Shown here: one piece after another, positions 20,634 to 30,093 of the stretch | How positions within the stretch are numbered: the first letter of the stretch is position 1 | How the letters are laid out: each line of letters opens with the position of its first letter | DNA from: Methanothermus fervidus DSM 2088 | GTDB taxonomy: Archaea; Methanobacteriota; Methanobacteria; DSM-2088; Methanothermaceae | Assembly (NCBI GenBank): GCA_000166095.1 | Contig: CP002278.1 | Coordinates: 660,001-692,000 of the forward strand | Direction: 5' to 3' | Length of the DNA: 32,000 nt | Made by a program: the position numbers and the translations under genes | Notes under the pieces: model-generated | Seen by the model: the letters and a program-made list of their open reading frames with translations, nothing else | What the model was told of the DNA's origin: nothing | Database searches by the model: none

Positions 20634-21404
20634 TCATTGAGACTTAACATAATTTCTTAAAATTCCTATAGATTCTATTTCTGCTTCGACAATGTCACCA
20701 GGTTTCATTGGACCTACTCCTGGAGGAGTACCAGTTGCTATTATATCTCCTGGTAGGAGTGTCATAACACTTGATATAAATTCAACAAGTTCATTTACTT
20801 TAAATATCATTTTTGAAGTGTTTGAAAATTGTTTAGTTTTGCCATTTAACCTAAGAGATATTTTTTGTTTATGTGGATCCATTTCTGTTTCTATAAAAGG
20901 GCCTAAAGGACAAAAAGTGTCAAAACTTTTTGCCCTTGTCCATTGACCATCCTTTCTTTGTATATCACGTGCTGTAACATCGTTAACAATAGTATATCCA
21001 CCAATTACATCCCAGGCATCTGAAGCATTTACATTTTTTGCTTTTTTTGAAATTACGACACCTAACTCAACTTCATAATCTACCTGCTTTGAAATTTCTG
21101 GATAAACAATAGTATCTTCATGTCCTATTACACTTGAAGGTGGTTTCAAAAATAAAACTGGTTCTTCCGGTATTTCCATATTTAATTCAGCAGCATGATC
21201 TCTATAATTAAGACCAACACAAACAATTTTAGATGGTGATACTGGAGGTAAAATTTCAATATTTTTAAATGAATAAGTTTGAGATTCTATTATTTTAAGA
21301 TCGCCATTCAAAGCATCTATGATATTTTCAATTTCAACTATTTCATCACCAGCTATATATCCTGATTTTATAGCACCGTTGTCTTTAAATCTTAGAAATT
21401 TCAT
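20634..21404 (-). CDS. Fumarylacetoacetate hydrolase (FAH) family protein
   Basis: 256 aa; KIVCVGLNYRDHAAELNMEIPEEPVLFLKPPSSVIG...YEVELGVVI...ARDIQRKDGQWTRAKSFDTFCPLGP...GDIIATGTPPGVGPMKPGD. Confidence 0.92.
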   Translation of the reverse strand: MKFLRFKDNGAIKSGYIAGDEIVEIENIIDALNGDLKIIESQTYSFKNIEILPPVSPSKIVCVGLNYRDHAAELNMEIPEEPVLFLKPPSSVIGHEDTIVYPEISKQVDYEVELGVVISKKAKNVNASDAWDVIGGYTIVNDVTARDIQRKDGQWTRAKSFDTFCPLGPFIETEMDPHKQKISLRLNGKTKQFSNTSKMIFKVNELVEFISSVMTLLPGDIIATGTPPGVGPMKPGDIVEAEIESIGILRNYVKSQ

Positions 21405-21976
21405 GTTTTTCCCTCTCTTTGTAATTTTCTAGCGGTGACGATGTAATGGTATTTACCTAATTTGTCAATATTTTCAATTTTAAAGCCATAAGAATTTAAA
21501 ATTTCAACACATTTTTCTTCACTTATTTTTAAATTTTCAGGAGGTCCTGCTGGTTTATCAACTCTAAAATCAACTATTATAAGTTTTCCTTTTGGTTTCA
21601 AGACCCTATTTATTTCTTTCATTAGCTCATCAGTTTTTTCATTTGCTACAATACCATGAAGAACATTTGCCATGAAATATATATCAACAGAATTTTCCTC
21701 AATTGGTATTTTCTTAGTAATGTCAGCTAGAATTGCTTTAACTTTAATATTTAAATTCTTTATTTTTTCTCTAACTTTCTTTATCGATGGTTCATGTATA
21801 TCAACAGCATATACTTCTCCATTTTTACCTAATTTTTTAGCAACCTCAATAGAAATAAAACCATTGCCGCATCCGGCATCTAAAAATCTTTTGCAACCTT
21901 CCATCTCAATTTTATTTAAAACTTCTTTAGCATTGAGATATTTTTCAGAACTTTTACCATAGTCACAATGTTTCAC
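21401..21976 (-). CDS. Class I SAM-dependent methyltransferase
   Basis: 191 aa; RFLDAGCGNGFISIEVAKKLGKNGEVYAVDIHE...EINRVLKPKGKLIIVDF. Confidence 0.88.
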   Translation of the reverse strand: MKHCDYGKSSEKYLNAKEVLNKIEMEGCKRFLDAGCGNGFISIEVAKKLGKNGEVYAVDIHEPSIKKVREKIKNLNIKVKAILADITKKIPIEENSVDIYFMANVLHGIVANEKTDELMKEINRVLKPKGKLIIVDFRVDKPAGPPENLKISEEKCVEILNSYGFKIENIDKLGKYHYIVTARKLQREGKT

Positions 21977-22764
21977 ACAATATCCTCCAATATTTCCTTC
22001 TTAGCACCTAAAACAGTGGTTAAGTATTCATATTCCATAAAATGAAGAGAGGCAGGAATTACCAAACAATGTAAAGGCTTACCAAAATTTTCATTAATCA
22101 TTTCAGACACTCTACCAACTTTTATTACTGGATTATGAGATCCAATTCTTGCAAGAACTATCACTACTCTGTCGTTATTTATTATTCCTTCTTTTCTTTC
22201 TTTTTCAACTTTCAATAGATATTCTAAACCTTCGTTAGCAGTCATATACTTATTTTCATCGCTTTTTATGTCTAACAACACAAGTGTATGTGCCTCATTC
22301 TCCAAATTTTTTTTGATAGTAAGATATGGAGAATGAGGAAAATAACCATCTTCAGGAAATGGTATAGTTGTAGTTTTTCCAAATCTATATGCTTGTAATC
22401 CTGTAATCCCTGGAGCCGCAGATAATATTGATGAAGAATGGATAATTTCAACGTCAATGTCTAATTTTTTTGCCTCGATGATTAATGATTGATGTGTGGT
22501 TGCTATAAGAGGATCTCCTGGCACTAGAAATGCAACATTTTTTGATTTAGCTTCTTTTACAGGAATCATTTCTTCTTCTACTTCTTTTCTTTCCAAAACC
22601 TCTATTTTCCTCCCAAAAAAATTTTCTAATTTTTCGATGTTGGTTCCAAACAATTTTGACGTGTAAAATTCAGCAAATACTTTATCTACTTTCCTTAAAA
22701 TATTGTATCCCTTTACACTTATGTCTTTTTCATCATATAGTCCTAGTCCTACCATATAAAGCAT
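21973..22764 (-). CDS. dphB: Diphthine synthase
   Basis: 263 aa; MLYMVGLGLYDEKDISVKG...FYTSKLFG...FLVPGDPLIATTH...HSSSILSAAPGITGLQAYRFG. Confidence 0.95.
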   Translation of the reverse strand: MLYMVGLGLYDEKDISVKGYNILRKVDKVFAEFYTSKLFGTNIEKLENFFGRKIEVLERKEVEEEMIPVKEAKSKNVAFLVPGDPLIATTHQSLIIEAKKLDIDVEIIHSSSILSAAPGITGLQAYRFGKTTTIPFPEDGYFPHSPYLTIKKNLENEAHTLVLLDIKSDENKYMTANEGLEYLLKVEKERKEGIINNDRVVIVLARIGSHNPVIKVGRVSEMINENFGKPLHCLVIPASLHFMEYEYLTTVLGAKKEILEDIV

Positions 22765-22798
22765 AATATCACCATAAAATTAAAAATACATTGTTACA

Positions 22799-23620
22799 TC
22801 ACATGTAGAGTAACTTCTTAGGATTTACACTAGTCATGTATTTCACATGTTTCCAGGATATTCCATGACACATCAATTCCTTTATAAAAATTTTTAATCC
22901 AAGTACAGGAGGAGGATTATGTATTTGCCCAAAATCAGTTGCTAAAATACATCTTTTATATCCAACATATTTTATAGATTCCACGATTTTTGTAACGTCC
23001 AAGCCATCATGCTTAGGTTTAGGCATGCATGCTACAAAACAATGTTCTAAAAAACCATATTTTCCCATTTCTTTTTGTTCATCTAAATTAGCACCAACAA
23101 CTTTTGTGAGAGGATGATTAATTAAAATTTTCTTTAAATTATATTCTTGTGCTATATCTAATACTTGAAATATCTGCGATGGCTTTAAATGTCCAGTAGC
23201 TAATACCATATCATTCTCAGCTACTATAATGATCACATCTTCGAGACTATTTTTGTTTATATTTATTTTATCAATTGAAACTGTGGGTAACCATACAATT
23301 TTGCCACCTAATTTTGCAGTAACTTCTACAGCATTAGGATTTATTCCACCAACATTTTCATTGAGGACAATGCCACCAAAAACATCAATCCCCACTAAAT
23401 CAGTAGCTAGTTGCGCTCTACCCACTGTAGATTCACCATGTGATTTAATAACCAATGCTTTCATTTTTTCTTTTTTTGCATCTTTAGCGACACTAATATC
23501 ATCTTTAAGACGTGGTTTAATATCAGGTTTTGTGTGGACGTGTGTATCTATCATTCCCTCTAATTTTATCTCTGAAGTGTCTAATTTTCTTTTCAACATC
23601 CTCATATAAATTTCCACCAT
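22799..23620 (-). CDS. DUF6282-like / PHP- or TIM-barrel metal-dependent hydrolase-like protein
   Basis: 273 aa; [17 protein letters not shown]...[15 protein letters not shown]...[14 protein letters not shown]...ILINHPLTK...[22 protein letters not shown]; start may be internal. Confidence 0.65.
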   Translation of the reverse strand: MVEIYMRMLKRKLDTSEIKLEGMIDTHVHTKPDIKPRLKDDISVAKDAKKEKMKALVIKSHGESTVGRAQLATDLVGIDVFGGIVLNENVGGINPNAVEVTAKLGGKIVWLPTVSIDKININKNSLEDVIIIVAENDMVLATGHLKPSQIFQVLDIAQEYNLKKILINHPLTKVVGANLDEQKEMGKYGFLEHCFVACMPKPKHDGLDVTKIVESIKYVGYKRCILATDFGQIHNPPPVLGLKIFIKELMCHGISWKHVKYMTSVNPKKLLYM

Positions 23621-24122
23621 GAGAATCCATAGCTACTATCAATGGTCCAAAATCTTTGACTTCCAATTCCCATATAGCTTCTGGAATTCCTAATTCTAAC
23701 CATTTCACACTTTTTATTTTTTTCACTTTATCTGCATACATAGCAGCGCATCCACCAACAGCAGCTAAATAAACAGCTTTATTTTTTATTAAAGCTTTTT
23801 TAGTATTTTTATCCATACCACCTTTACCTATAATAGCTTTTACACCCATTCGGATAAGTTTAGGTCCAAAAGGATTCATTCTAGCACTTGTTGTAGGACC
23901 TATAGCCACTAGACTAAAATTTTCATTATTTTTAACTATGGGCCCAGCGTGAAAAATAACTGATCCTTTGAGGTCGAATGGTGGTCCTTCTTTTATAATT
24001 TTTTTATGAGCTTGATCTCTTGCCGTAAAAATTGTACCGTTTACCTTTACAATGTCTCCTACTTTTAATTCTAAAATATCTTTAGTAGATATGGGTGTTT
24101 TCAAAGTCTTCATTTTTAACAC
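23523..24122 (-). CDS. Class I fumarate hydratase beta (C-terminal) subunit
   Basis: 199 aa; [14 protein letters not shown]...[12 protein letters not shown]...[11 protein letters not shown]...[10 protein letters not shown]...[12 protein letters not shown]...[17 protein letters not shown]. Confidence 0.9.
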   Translation of the reverse strand: MLKMKTLKTPISTKDILELKVGDIVKVNGTIFTARDQAHKKIIKEGPPFDLKGSVIFHAGPIVKNNENFSLVAIGPTTSARMNPFGPKLIRMGVKAIIGKGGMDKNTKKALIKNKAVYLAAVGGCAAMYADKVKKIKSVKWLELGIPEAIWELEVKDFGPLIVAMDSHGGNLYEDVEKKIRHFRDKIRGNDRYTRPHKT

Positions 24123-24125
24123 CTT

Positions 24126-24446
24126 TTATTTTCCTTGTGGAAGTGGATTTGCATGCAATGGATGTAAGTTCATGGTTAATAACATTGCCCAAACTAAAAA
24201 CCAAACTAATGAGAATGGTATAACACCACTTGCAAACCATCCTTTAAAACCACCAACTTCTTCTTTACTAAACCATTTTTCACATAAATTTCCAACTACT
24301 AATAAAATTATGACTCCAACGAATGTTGCTAAGGCTTCATTTTTACCTATAATTGGCAAAGTACCGGAGGATAAGATATATGAAATAAATCCGGCTATTA
24401 TGCCCGAAACTGTATGAATACTTGTAATTTTAGCATCCGTATCCAA
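24126..24446 (-). CDS. EMC6-like archaeal membrane protein
   Basis: 106 aa, 3 TM segments, SIHTVSGIIAGFISY...LLVVGNLCEKWF...GGFKGWFASGVIPFSLVWFLVW. Confidence 0.5.
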   Translation of the reverse strand: MDTDAKITSIHTVSGIIAGFISYILSSGTLPIIGKNEALATFVGVIILLVVGNLCEKWFSKEEVGGFKGWFASGVIPFSLVWFLVWAMLLTMNLHPLHANPLPQGK

Positions 24447-24601
24447 TCGAAGAACCTCCTTTTGTGTTTGTGTTTAAATAAATATCTTTTTCTGCTTTTC
24501 AATAATTTCTTTTTTATGAAATTAACTTTTCCAAATTAGTAAAAAATTTTATATAAACTTACGTTATTTAAAAAATACAAAGATTGTAGGAAGTTTAGAA
24601 A

Positions 24602-25324
24602 ATGATAGAGATAATAGCTCACGACGGTCCTGCTAGATTAGGAAAAATTGATGGTAAAGAAACACCACTTATAATTCCACAGGAATATATAGACCCCATC
24701 TTTCTTCCACTACCTTATGATGTGCCGAGGGAATTAGCAGAGTGGGCAGTTGAATATACTATAGACAAATATAAAAGTTATGAAGGTGAGTTTGCAATAA
24801 TTACTGGTGGAAAATACATTGATCTTAGAGTCAAATGCGCAACAAAACTTGAAGAATTGGGATTTACAAATTTAGTGATAAGTAACGGAACCGAATTACT
24901 TAAAAGACCAAAAGATCTTGTTAACCTAATTGTAAAATTACGAAAAAATCTTAAACCCACTACTTCTTTATCCTTTACATTTCCTGAACCTTTGTTTATA
25001 CCACTTTTAGTCTACATGGGAGTGGATATTTTTCCTGATGGAATATGTAAGTATTATGCTGAATTTAATGTCTTAATGACACCAACAAAATCTTATTCTT
25101 TAGATACATACAAAATCTATGACTTTGATAAAAAAGAGTTGCTTGAATACAATAAAAAAACATTAGATTATGTAATAAGAGAAGTAAAATCCCATATACG
25201 TAATGGAACGTTAAGAAATCTTGTGGAAGAAAGAGCAGCAGCATTGCCTGAATGTATGTCAGCATTAAGAATTCTTGATAAAGAATATAGTGACTATCTT
25301 CAGGAATTTACCTTACTTTATTAA
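24602..25324 (+). CDS. Archaeosine synthase / tRNA-guanine transglycosylase-related protein, short form
   Basis: 240 aa; N-terminus IEIIAHDGPARLGKIDGKETPLIIP resembles TgtA2/ArcS N-terminal region; later IRNGTLRNLVEERAAALPE. Confidence 0.6.
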   Translation: MIEIIAHDGPARLGKIDGKETPLIIPQEYIDPIFLPLPYDVPRELAEWAVEYTIDKYKSYEGEFAIITGGKYIDLRVKCATKLEELGFTNLVISNGTELLKRPKDLVNLIVKLRKNLKPTTSLSFTFPEPLFIPLLVYMGVDIFPDGICKYYAEFNVLMTPTKSYSLDTYKIYDFDKKELLEYNKKTLDYVIREVKSHIRNGTLRNLVEERAAALPECMSALRILDKEYSDYLQEFTLLY

Positions 25325-25332
25325 TTTTTTAG

Positions 25333-26619
25333 GTGATAGGGATGTCAATATTAATAAAAAATGCAAAAATTGTCGATGTTAAAGGTACAAGGAAAGGATC
25401 TATTCTTATTGAAGATGATAAGATAGTAAAGATAGGTGATATAAGAGAAGATGAAGGAGATAAAATTATAGATGCCAGCGACAAGTTGGTTATTCCTGGA
25501 TTAATTAATACACATACACACTTATCTATGACGTTGTTTAGAGGTATAGCTGATGATTTACAGCTGCATAAATGGTTAGAAAATTATATTTGGCCACTTG
25601 AAAAACATTTAAATGAGGATTATTGTTATGCTGGTGCACTTCTTGGATGTATAGAAATGATAAAATCTGGAACAACAGCATTTAATGATATGTATTTTTA
25701 TATGGATTCTGTTGCAAAGGCAATTGAAAAATGTGGTTTGAGGGCTGTTATAAGTCATGGGATGATTGATTTAAATAACGAAGATAAAATGAAAAAAGAA
25801 ATCAAAGAATCTAAAAGGATTGTAAAGAAATGTCATGGGATGGCAGATGGTAGAATATCGGTGGCTTTAGGTCCTCATTCTCCTTACACTTGTTCAGAAA
25901 AATTACTTAAAAAAACTTCAAAATATGCTAATAAAAATAATTTAAAAATACACATACACGTTTCAGAGACAAGAGAGGAGATTAAAACAATTAAAGAAAG
26001 GTATGGGATGAGACCGTTTGAATATTTAGATGACATAGGCTTTCTAGGTGAAAATGTAATAGCTGCACATGCCGTATGGCTTTCAGAAGAAGAAATCAAA
26101 ATAATTAAAAATAATAATGTGAAAATATCCCATAACCCTGTGAGCAACATGAAACTTGCCTCTGGAATTTCACCTGTTAGTAAAATGTTAGATGAAAATA
26201 TTACTGTATCTTTGGGCACTGATGGTGCAGCATCTAATAACAATCTTGACATGTTAGAAGAAATGAAGATAGCAGCTTTATTACAGAAAGTTCATTATTT
26301 AGATCCAACAAAATTGTCAGCAAAAGATGTTTTTGCAATGGCTACTATAAATGGTGCTAAAACACTTGGAATAAATGCAGGACTGATCGAGGTAGGTAAA
26401 AAAGCAGACTTAGTGTTAATAAATGTAAAGAGATGTAATTTAACCCCATTTAGGAATCCAATTTCACATTTGGTATATTCAGCTAATGGTTACAATGTCA
26501 CAACAGTTATTGTAGATGGAAAAATATTAATGGAAGATAATGTTGTTCAAGTAATTAACGAAAAAGAAGTGATGGAAATCGCAGAAAATGCAAGTGATGA
26601 ATTATTATCAAAGTCATAG
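25333..26619 (+). CDS. dadD: Amidohydrolase: 5'-deoxyadenosine/5'-methylthioadenosine/S-adenosylhomocysteine deaminase (DadD/MtaD type)
   Basis: 428 aa; VIPGLINTHTHLSMTLFRGIADDLQLHKWLENYIWPLE, HIHVSETREE, AAHAVWLSEEEI, SLGTDGAASNNNLDMLEEM. Confidence 0.88.
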   Translation: MIGMSILIKNAKIVDVKGTRKGSILIEDDKIVKIGDIREDEGDKIIDASDKLVIPGLINTHTHLSMTLFRGIADDLQLHKWLENYIWPLEKHLNEDYCYAGALLGCIEMIKSGTTAFNDMYFYMDSVAKAIEKCGLRAVISHGMIDLNNEDKMKKEIKESKRIVKKCHGMADGRISVALGPHSPYTCSEKLLKKTSKYANKNNLKIHIHVSETREEIKTIKERYGMRPFEYLDDIGFLGENVIAAHAVWLSEEEIKIIKNNNVKISHNPVSNMKLASGISPVSKMLDENITVSLGTDGAASNNNLDMLEEMKIAALLQKVHYLDPTKLSAKDVFAMATINGAKTLGINAGLIEVGKKADLVLINVKRCNLTPFRNPISHLVYSANGYNVTTVIVDGKILMEDNVVQVINEKEVMEIAENASDELLSKS

Positions 26620-26652
26620 AGGCGTGAATTAACAAGTAATAGAGGTGAGGTT

Positions 26653-27240
26653 ATGAAAGTATTGGTATCTCCATTAGATTCATTAGAATCATTTATGTTT
26701 TGTGTAACACGTTTTTCACCAAATCGTACATACTTAATTTTTGATAAGGAAGAATATGAAGAAAAAGTTGAAAATTTAGAGAAAGTTAAAGAAACAATGA
26801 GTTTTATAAATATAAAGGAGACTGTAGTAGAAAGTAGTGACATTGTTGCAGCTGCTAAAAAAATCATTGAAATAATTGAAAATGAAAAAAATAATGAAAT
26901 AACTGTAAACATTACCTGTAGTAATAATTTACAAAGTTTTGGAATGTTATATGGTTGCTATGCAAAATACAGGTATGTAGACAGGATTGTATATTTAAAG
27001 GATACAAAGGAAATTTTAGATATTCCAATACTTAGTTTTGGTATATCAAAAACAAAAAAAGAGATATTAATGGAAATTACAAAAGGTACGACTAGTGTGA
27101 AAGAATTATCAAATAAATTAGATATAAGTAGAGGGATGGTTTACAATCATATTAGAGATCTTAGGGAGAAGGGAATGATAAAAAAAGATGAATTAAAAGT
27201 AACAACTGCTGGGAAGCTAGCAATACTTGGTGATATTTGA
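26653..27240 (+). CDS. Csa3-like CARF-domain + winged HTH transcriptional regulator
   Basis: 195 aa; N-terminal Rossmann-like MKVLVSPLDSLESFMFCVTRFSPNRTYLIF...ITVNITCSNNLQSFGML, C-terminal HTH KGTTSVKELSNKLDISRGMVYNHIRDLREKGMIKK. Confidence 0.6.
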   Translation: MKVLVSPLDSLESFMFCVTRFSPNRTYLIFDKEEYEEKVENLEKVKETMSFINIKETVVESSDIVAAAKKIIEIIENEKNNEITVNITCSNNLQSFGMLYGCYAKYRYVDRIVYLKDTKEILDIPILSFGISKTKKEILMEITKGTTSVKELSNKLDISRGMVYNHIRDLREKGMIKKDELKVTTAGKLAILGDI

Positions 27241-27253
27241 TAAAAATAGCTTG

Positions 27254-27266
27254 TTTTTTTTTTTCG
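27254..27266 (+). terminator. Oligo-T terminator-like tract
   Basis: gtttttttttttcg immediately downstream of the 27240 stop. Confidence 0.5.
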
Positions 27267-27326
27267 TAAAATTTATTTATTATTTTTTGTTAAATATTAT
27301 ATTATCATGTTTGTGAGATGGTTTAA

Positions 27327-28310
27327 TTGAAACTTGTAAAATGGAAAGATAATCCTATTTTATCTCCTACAGACGATAAATGGCAAAATTTCCAAACATT
27401 TAATGCAGGAGCCATTTTAATTGATGATACTATCCATATTTTCTATAGAGCTATTGGTGAAGATTTTATATCAAGAATTGGATATGCAAAAAGTAAGGAT
27501 GGTATAAATATTGAGGAAAGAAGTTCTTCCCCTGTTTTTGAACATTCCTATCCTTCTCCATTCAACAATAATAGGAATTTAATACCTAATTCTGGAGGAA
27601 GTAGATATGGAGCTGAAGATCCACGTGTAGTTAGGGTAAATAATGATAGGAATTGGAGATGGAAAAACCCTCTTCTTTTATCTCCTATGAATGGAATACA
27701 TAAAAATTGGGTCATATTCCCTGAAAAAATAGGGAAAAGGTATGCAATATTACATACAATATCACCAGAAGTAGATATAGAATATTTAAAGAATTTAAGA
27801 TGTCCTGAAGACATTGAAAGTTATCATTGTCCATTGCCAAAGTTTGGATGGGAAATGTGTGTTAAAGGAGCTGCAGCTCCTCCAATGAAAACAAAAGAAG
27901 GATGGCTTCTCCTTTTTCACGCTATAGGCAAAGACGGATACTATAAAATTGGAGCAATGTTACTTGACAAGAAAAATCCTACTGAAATAATATCTTGTTC
28001 TAATGGACCAATTTTAGAGCCAAAAGAAAATTATGAATTCAGTGGCATAAAACCAGGAGTTGTTTATACAACAGGCGCTGTTATAAAAAATTCTAAACTT
28101 TTGGTATATTATGGAGCTTCAGATACATATCTTTGTGTTGCATATGCAAATATAGATGAGTTTGTCGAAAGTTTATTAGAGGAAAGAGGATGCTATTATG
28201 ATGAAGATGTTAGTAAAAAGATTCAAAGGAAACCCTGTTTTAGAACCAGACCCTCACAGTCCCTGGGAAAGCGAAGCTGTATTCAATGGATGCCCGGTGA
28301 AGAAAAATGA
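27327..28310 (+). CDS. GH130-family (beta-1,2/1,4-mannoside phosphorylase-like) glycosidase, module 1
   Basis: 327 aa, TTG start; KWKDNPILSPTDDKWQNFQTFNAGAI...GASRYGAEDPRVV...GAAAPPMKTKEGWLLLFHAIGKDGYYKIGAMLLD. The last ~38 residues lie in an alternate frame of the next gene. Confidence 0.85.
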   Translation: MKLVKWKDNPILSPTDDKWQNFQTFNAGAILIDDTIHIFYRAIGEDFISRIGYAKSKDGINIEERSSSPVFEHSYPSPFNNNRNLIPNSGGSRYGAEDPRVVRVNNDRNWRWKNPLLLSPMNGIHKNWVIFPEKIGKRYAILHTISPEVDIEYLKNLRCPEDIESYHCPLPKFGWEMCVKGAAAPPMKTKEGWLLLFHAIGKDGYYKIGAMLLDKKNPTEIISCSNGPILEPKENYEFSGIKPGVVYTTGAVIKNSKLLVYYGASDTYLCVAYANIDEFVESLLEERGCYYDEDVSKKIQRKPCFRTRPSQSLGKRSCIQWMPGEEK

Positions 28311-30093
28311 CAAAATATATTTTCTTTATAGGGCAATGACGCGGAAAAATAAAAATGGAGTTTCTATTTCACAGATAGGCATTGCTGAAAGTTACGACGG
28401 TATCAGTTTTCATAAAAGGAGATTGCTAATAACTCCTGATACTCTTTGGGATTGTTTTGGTTGTGAAGATCCAAGAGTTACAAAATTAAATAATAAGTAT
28501 TATGTATTTTATACAGCTCTTTCTCATTATCCACCAAGACCAGATGGAATCCGTGTAGGACTTGCCATAACTAAAAATTTCAAAAAAATTGATAAAAAAT
28601 ATTTGATTACACATTTTAATGCAAAGGCAATGGCATTGTTTCCAGAAAAAATAAATGGAAAGATATGGGCAATTTTAACTGTACATACAGACCTTCCACC
28701 AGCAAAAATATGTTTAGCATCTTTTAATAATGAAAAGGAAATTTGGTCTCGTGAATATTGGTATAAATGGTACCAAAAATTTGAAGATTACAGTTTACCT
28801 CTACAGAGAAGCAGTGATGATCATATAGAAGTTGGAACTCCACCATTAAAGACACCTTATGGTTGGTTGTTAATCTATTCTTACATAAAGAATTATTTTT
28901 CTGAAAAAGAAAGACTTTTTACAGTTGAAGCAGTATTGCTAGATTTAAAAAACCCATTTAAAATAATTTCAAGGACTAATTTTCCAATTCTTATACCTGA
29001 AGAATATTACGAAAAGACAGGAATTGTATCTGATGTTATATTTCCAAGTGGCGCATTTATTAAAAATAATGTAATTTATTTATACTATGGTGCAGCAGAT
29101 ACAACATGTTGTTTAGCATTCATTGATTTACCTTTTTTAATAAAAACAATGAAACATGGAAAAATCAAAATGAAAAGAGCAGCAAAACGTCCTATAATAA
29201 CACCTATTATTAAACATAAATGGGAATCCAAAGCTACATTCAATCCAGGAGCTATATATCTAAATGGCGAGGTTCATATAATATATAGGGCACTATCAGA
29301 AGATAATACTTCTGTTTTTGGTTATGCAAAAAGTAAAGATGGCATAAATATTGATTATCGATCGTCAGAACCTATATATACGCCAAAAGAACCTTTTGAA
29401 AATAAAAAATTTCCAGATGCGGCCTCTGGCTGCGAGGATCCTAGATTAACAATAATTGATGACAAAATTTATATGTTGTATACAGCATTTGATGGAGAAA
29501 TACCTAGAGTAGCAATGACATCAATAGATGTAAATGATTTCTTAGAGCAAAATTGGAAGTGGGCAAAAGCAAAAGTAATTTCTCCTTTAGATATTCCGGA
29601 TAAAAATGCATGTATATTTCCAGAGAAATATGCTGGAAAATATATAATTGTACATCGTTTAGATGATTCTATACATTATAGTCTTTGTGAAGATTTAAAT
29701 ATTGTGAAGGAGCTTGATGATAATAAATGGATATCACCAAGAAAAAGTATGTGGGATTGCGTAAAAGTTGGAATTGCAGCGCCGCCAATAAAAACTAATA
29801 ATGGGTGGATTTTATTTTACCATGGAGTTGACAAAAACAAAGTTTATAGGGTTGGAGCCTTGCTCTTAGAGTTAGACAATCCATTGAAAATCATACGTAG
29901 ATCTATGTATCCAATTCTTGAACCAGAAATGTGGTATGAAAGATGGGGAATAGTCCCAAATGTAGTGTTTCCTTGTGGAGCAGTGAAAATAAATAAAGAT
30001 ATTTATCTATATTATGGTGCGGCAGATACTGTTGTAGGCGTGGCTAAGATTAAAATAAATGATCTATTTTGGCACCTTGGTGTTAAATTGTGA
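28198..30093 (+). CDS. Tandem GH130-family protein (two modules)
   Basis: 631 aa; module a KGNPVLEPDPHSPWESEAVFNG...DCFGCEDPRVTK...GTPPLKTPYGWLLIYSYI; module b KRPIITPIIKHKWESKATFNPGAIYLNG...GCEDPRLTIID...GIAAPPIKTNNGWILFYHGVDK. Confidence 0.88.
   Translation: MMKMLVKRFKGNPVLEPDPHSPWESEAVFNGCPVKKNDKIYFLYRAMTRKNKNGVSISQIGIAESYDGISFHKRRLLITPDTLWDCFGCEDPRVTKLNNKYYVFYTALSHYPPRPDGIRVGLAITKNFKKIDKKYLITHFNAKAMALFPEKINGKIWAILTVHTDLPPAKICLASFNNEKEIWSREYWYKWYQKFEDYSLPLQRSSDDHIEVGTPPLKTPYGWLLIYSYIKNYFSEKERLFTVEAVLLDLKNPFKIISRTNFPILIPEEYYEKTGIVSDVIFPSGAFIKNNVIYLYYGAADTTCCLAFIDLPFLIKTMKHGKIKMKRAAKRPIITPIIKHKWESKATFNPGAIYLNGEVHIIYRALSEDNTSVFGYAKSKDGINIDYRSSEPIYTPKEPFENKKFPDAASGCEDPRLTIIDDKIYMLYTAFDGEIPRVAMTSIDVNDFLEQNWKWAKAKVISPLDIPDKNACIFPEKYAGKYIIVHRLDDSIHYSLCEDLNIVKELDDNKWISPRKSMWDCVKVGIAAPPIKTNNGWILFYHGVDKNKVYRVGALLLELDNPLKIIRRSMYPILEPEMWYERWGIVPNVVFPCGAVKINKDIYLYYGAADTVVGVAKIKINDLFWHLGVKL

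Noticed and set aside
26653-27240. CRISPR locus near the Csa3-like gene
   Set aside because: No regularly spaced direct repeats or cas genes seen anywhere in the window.
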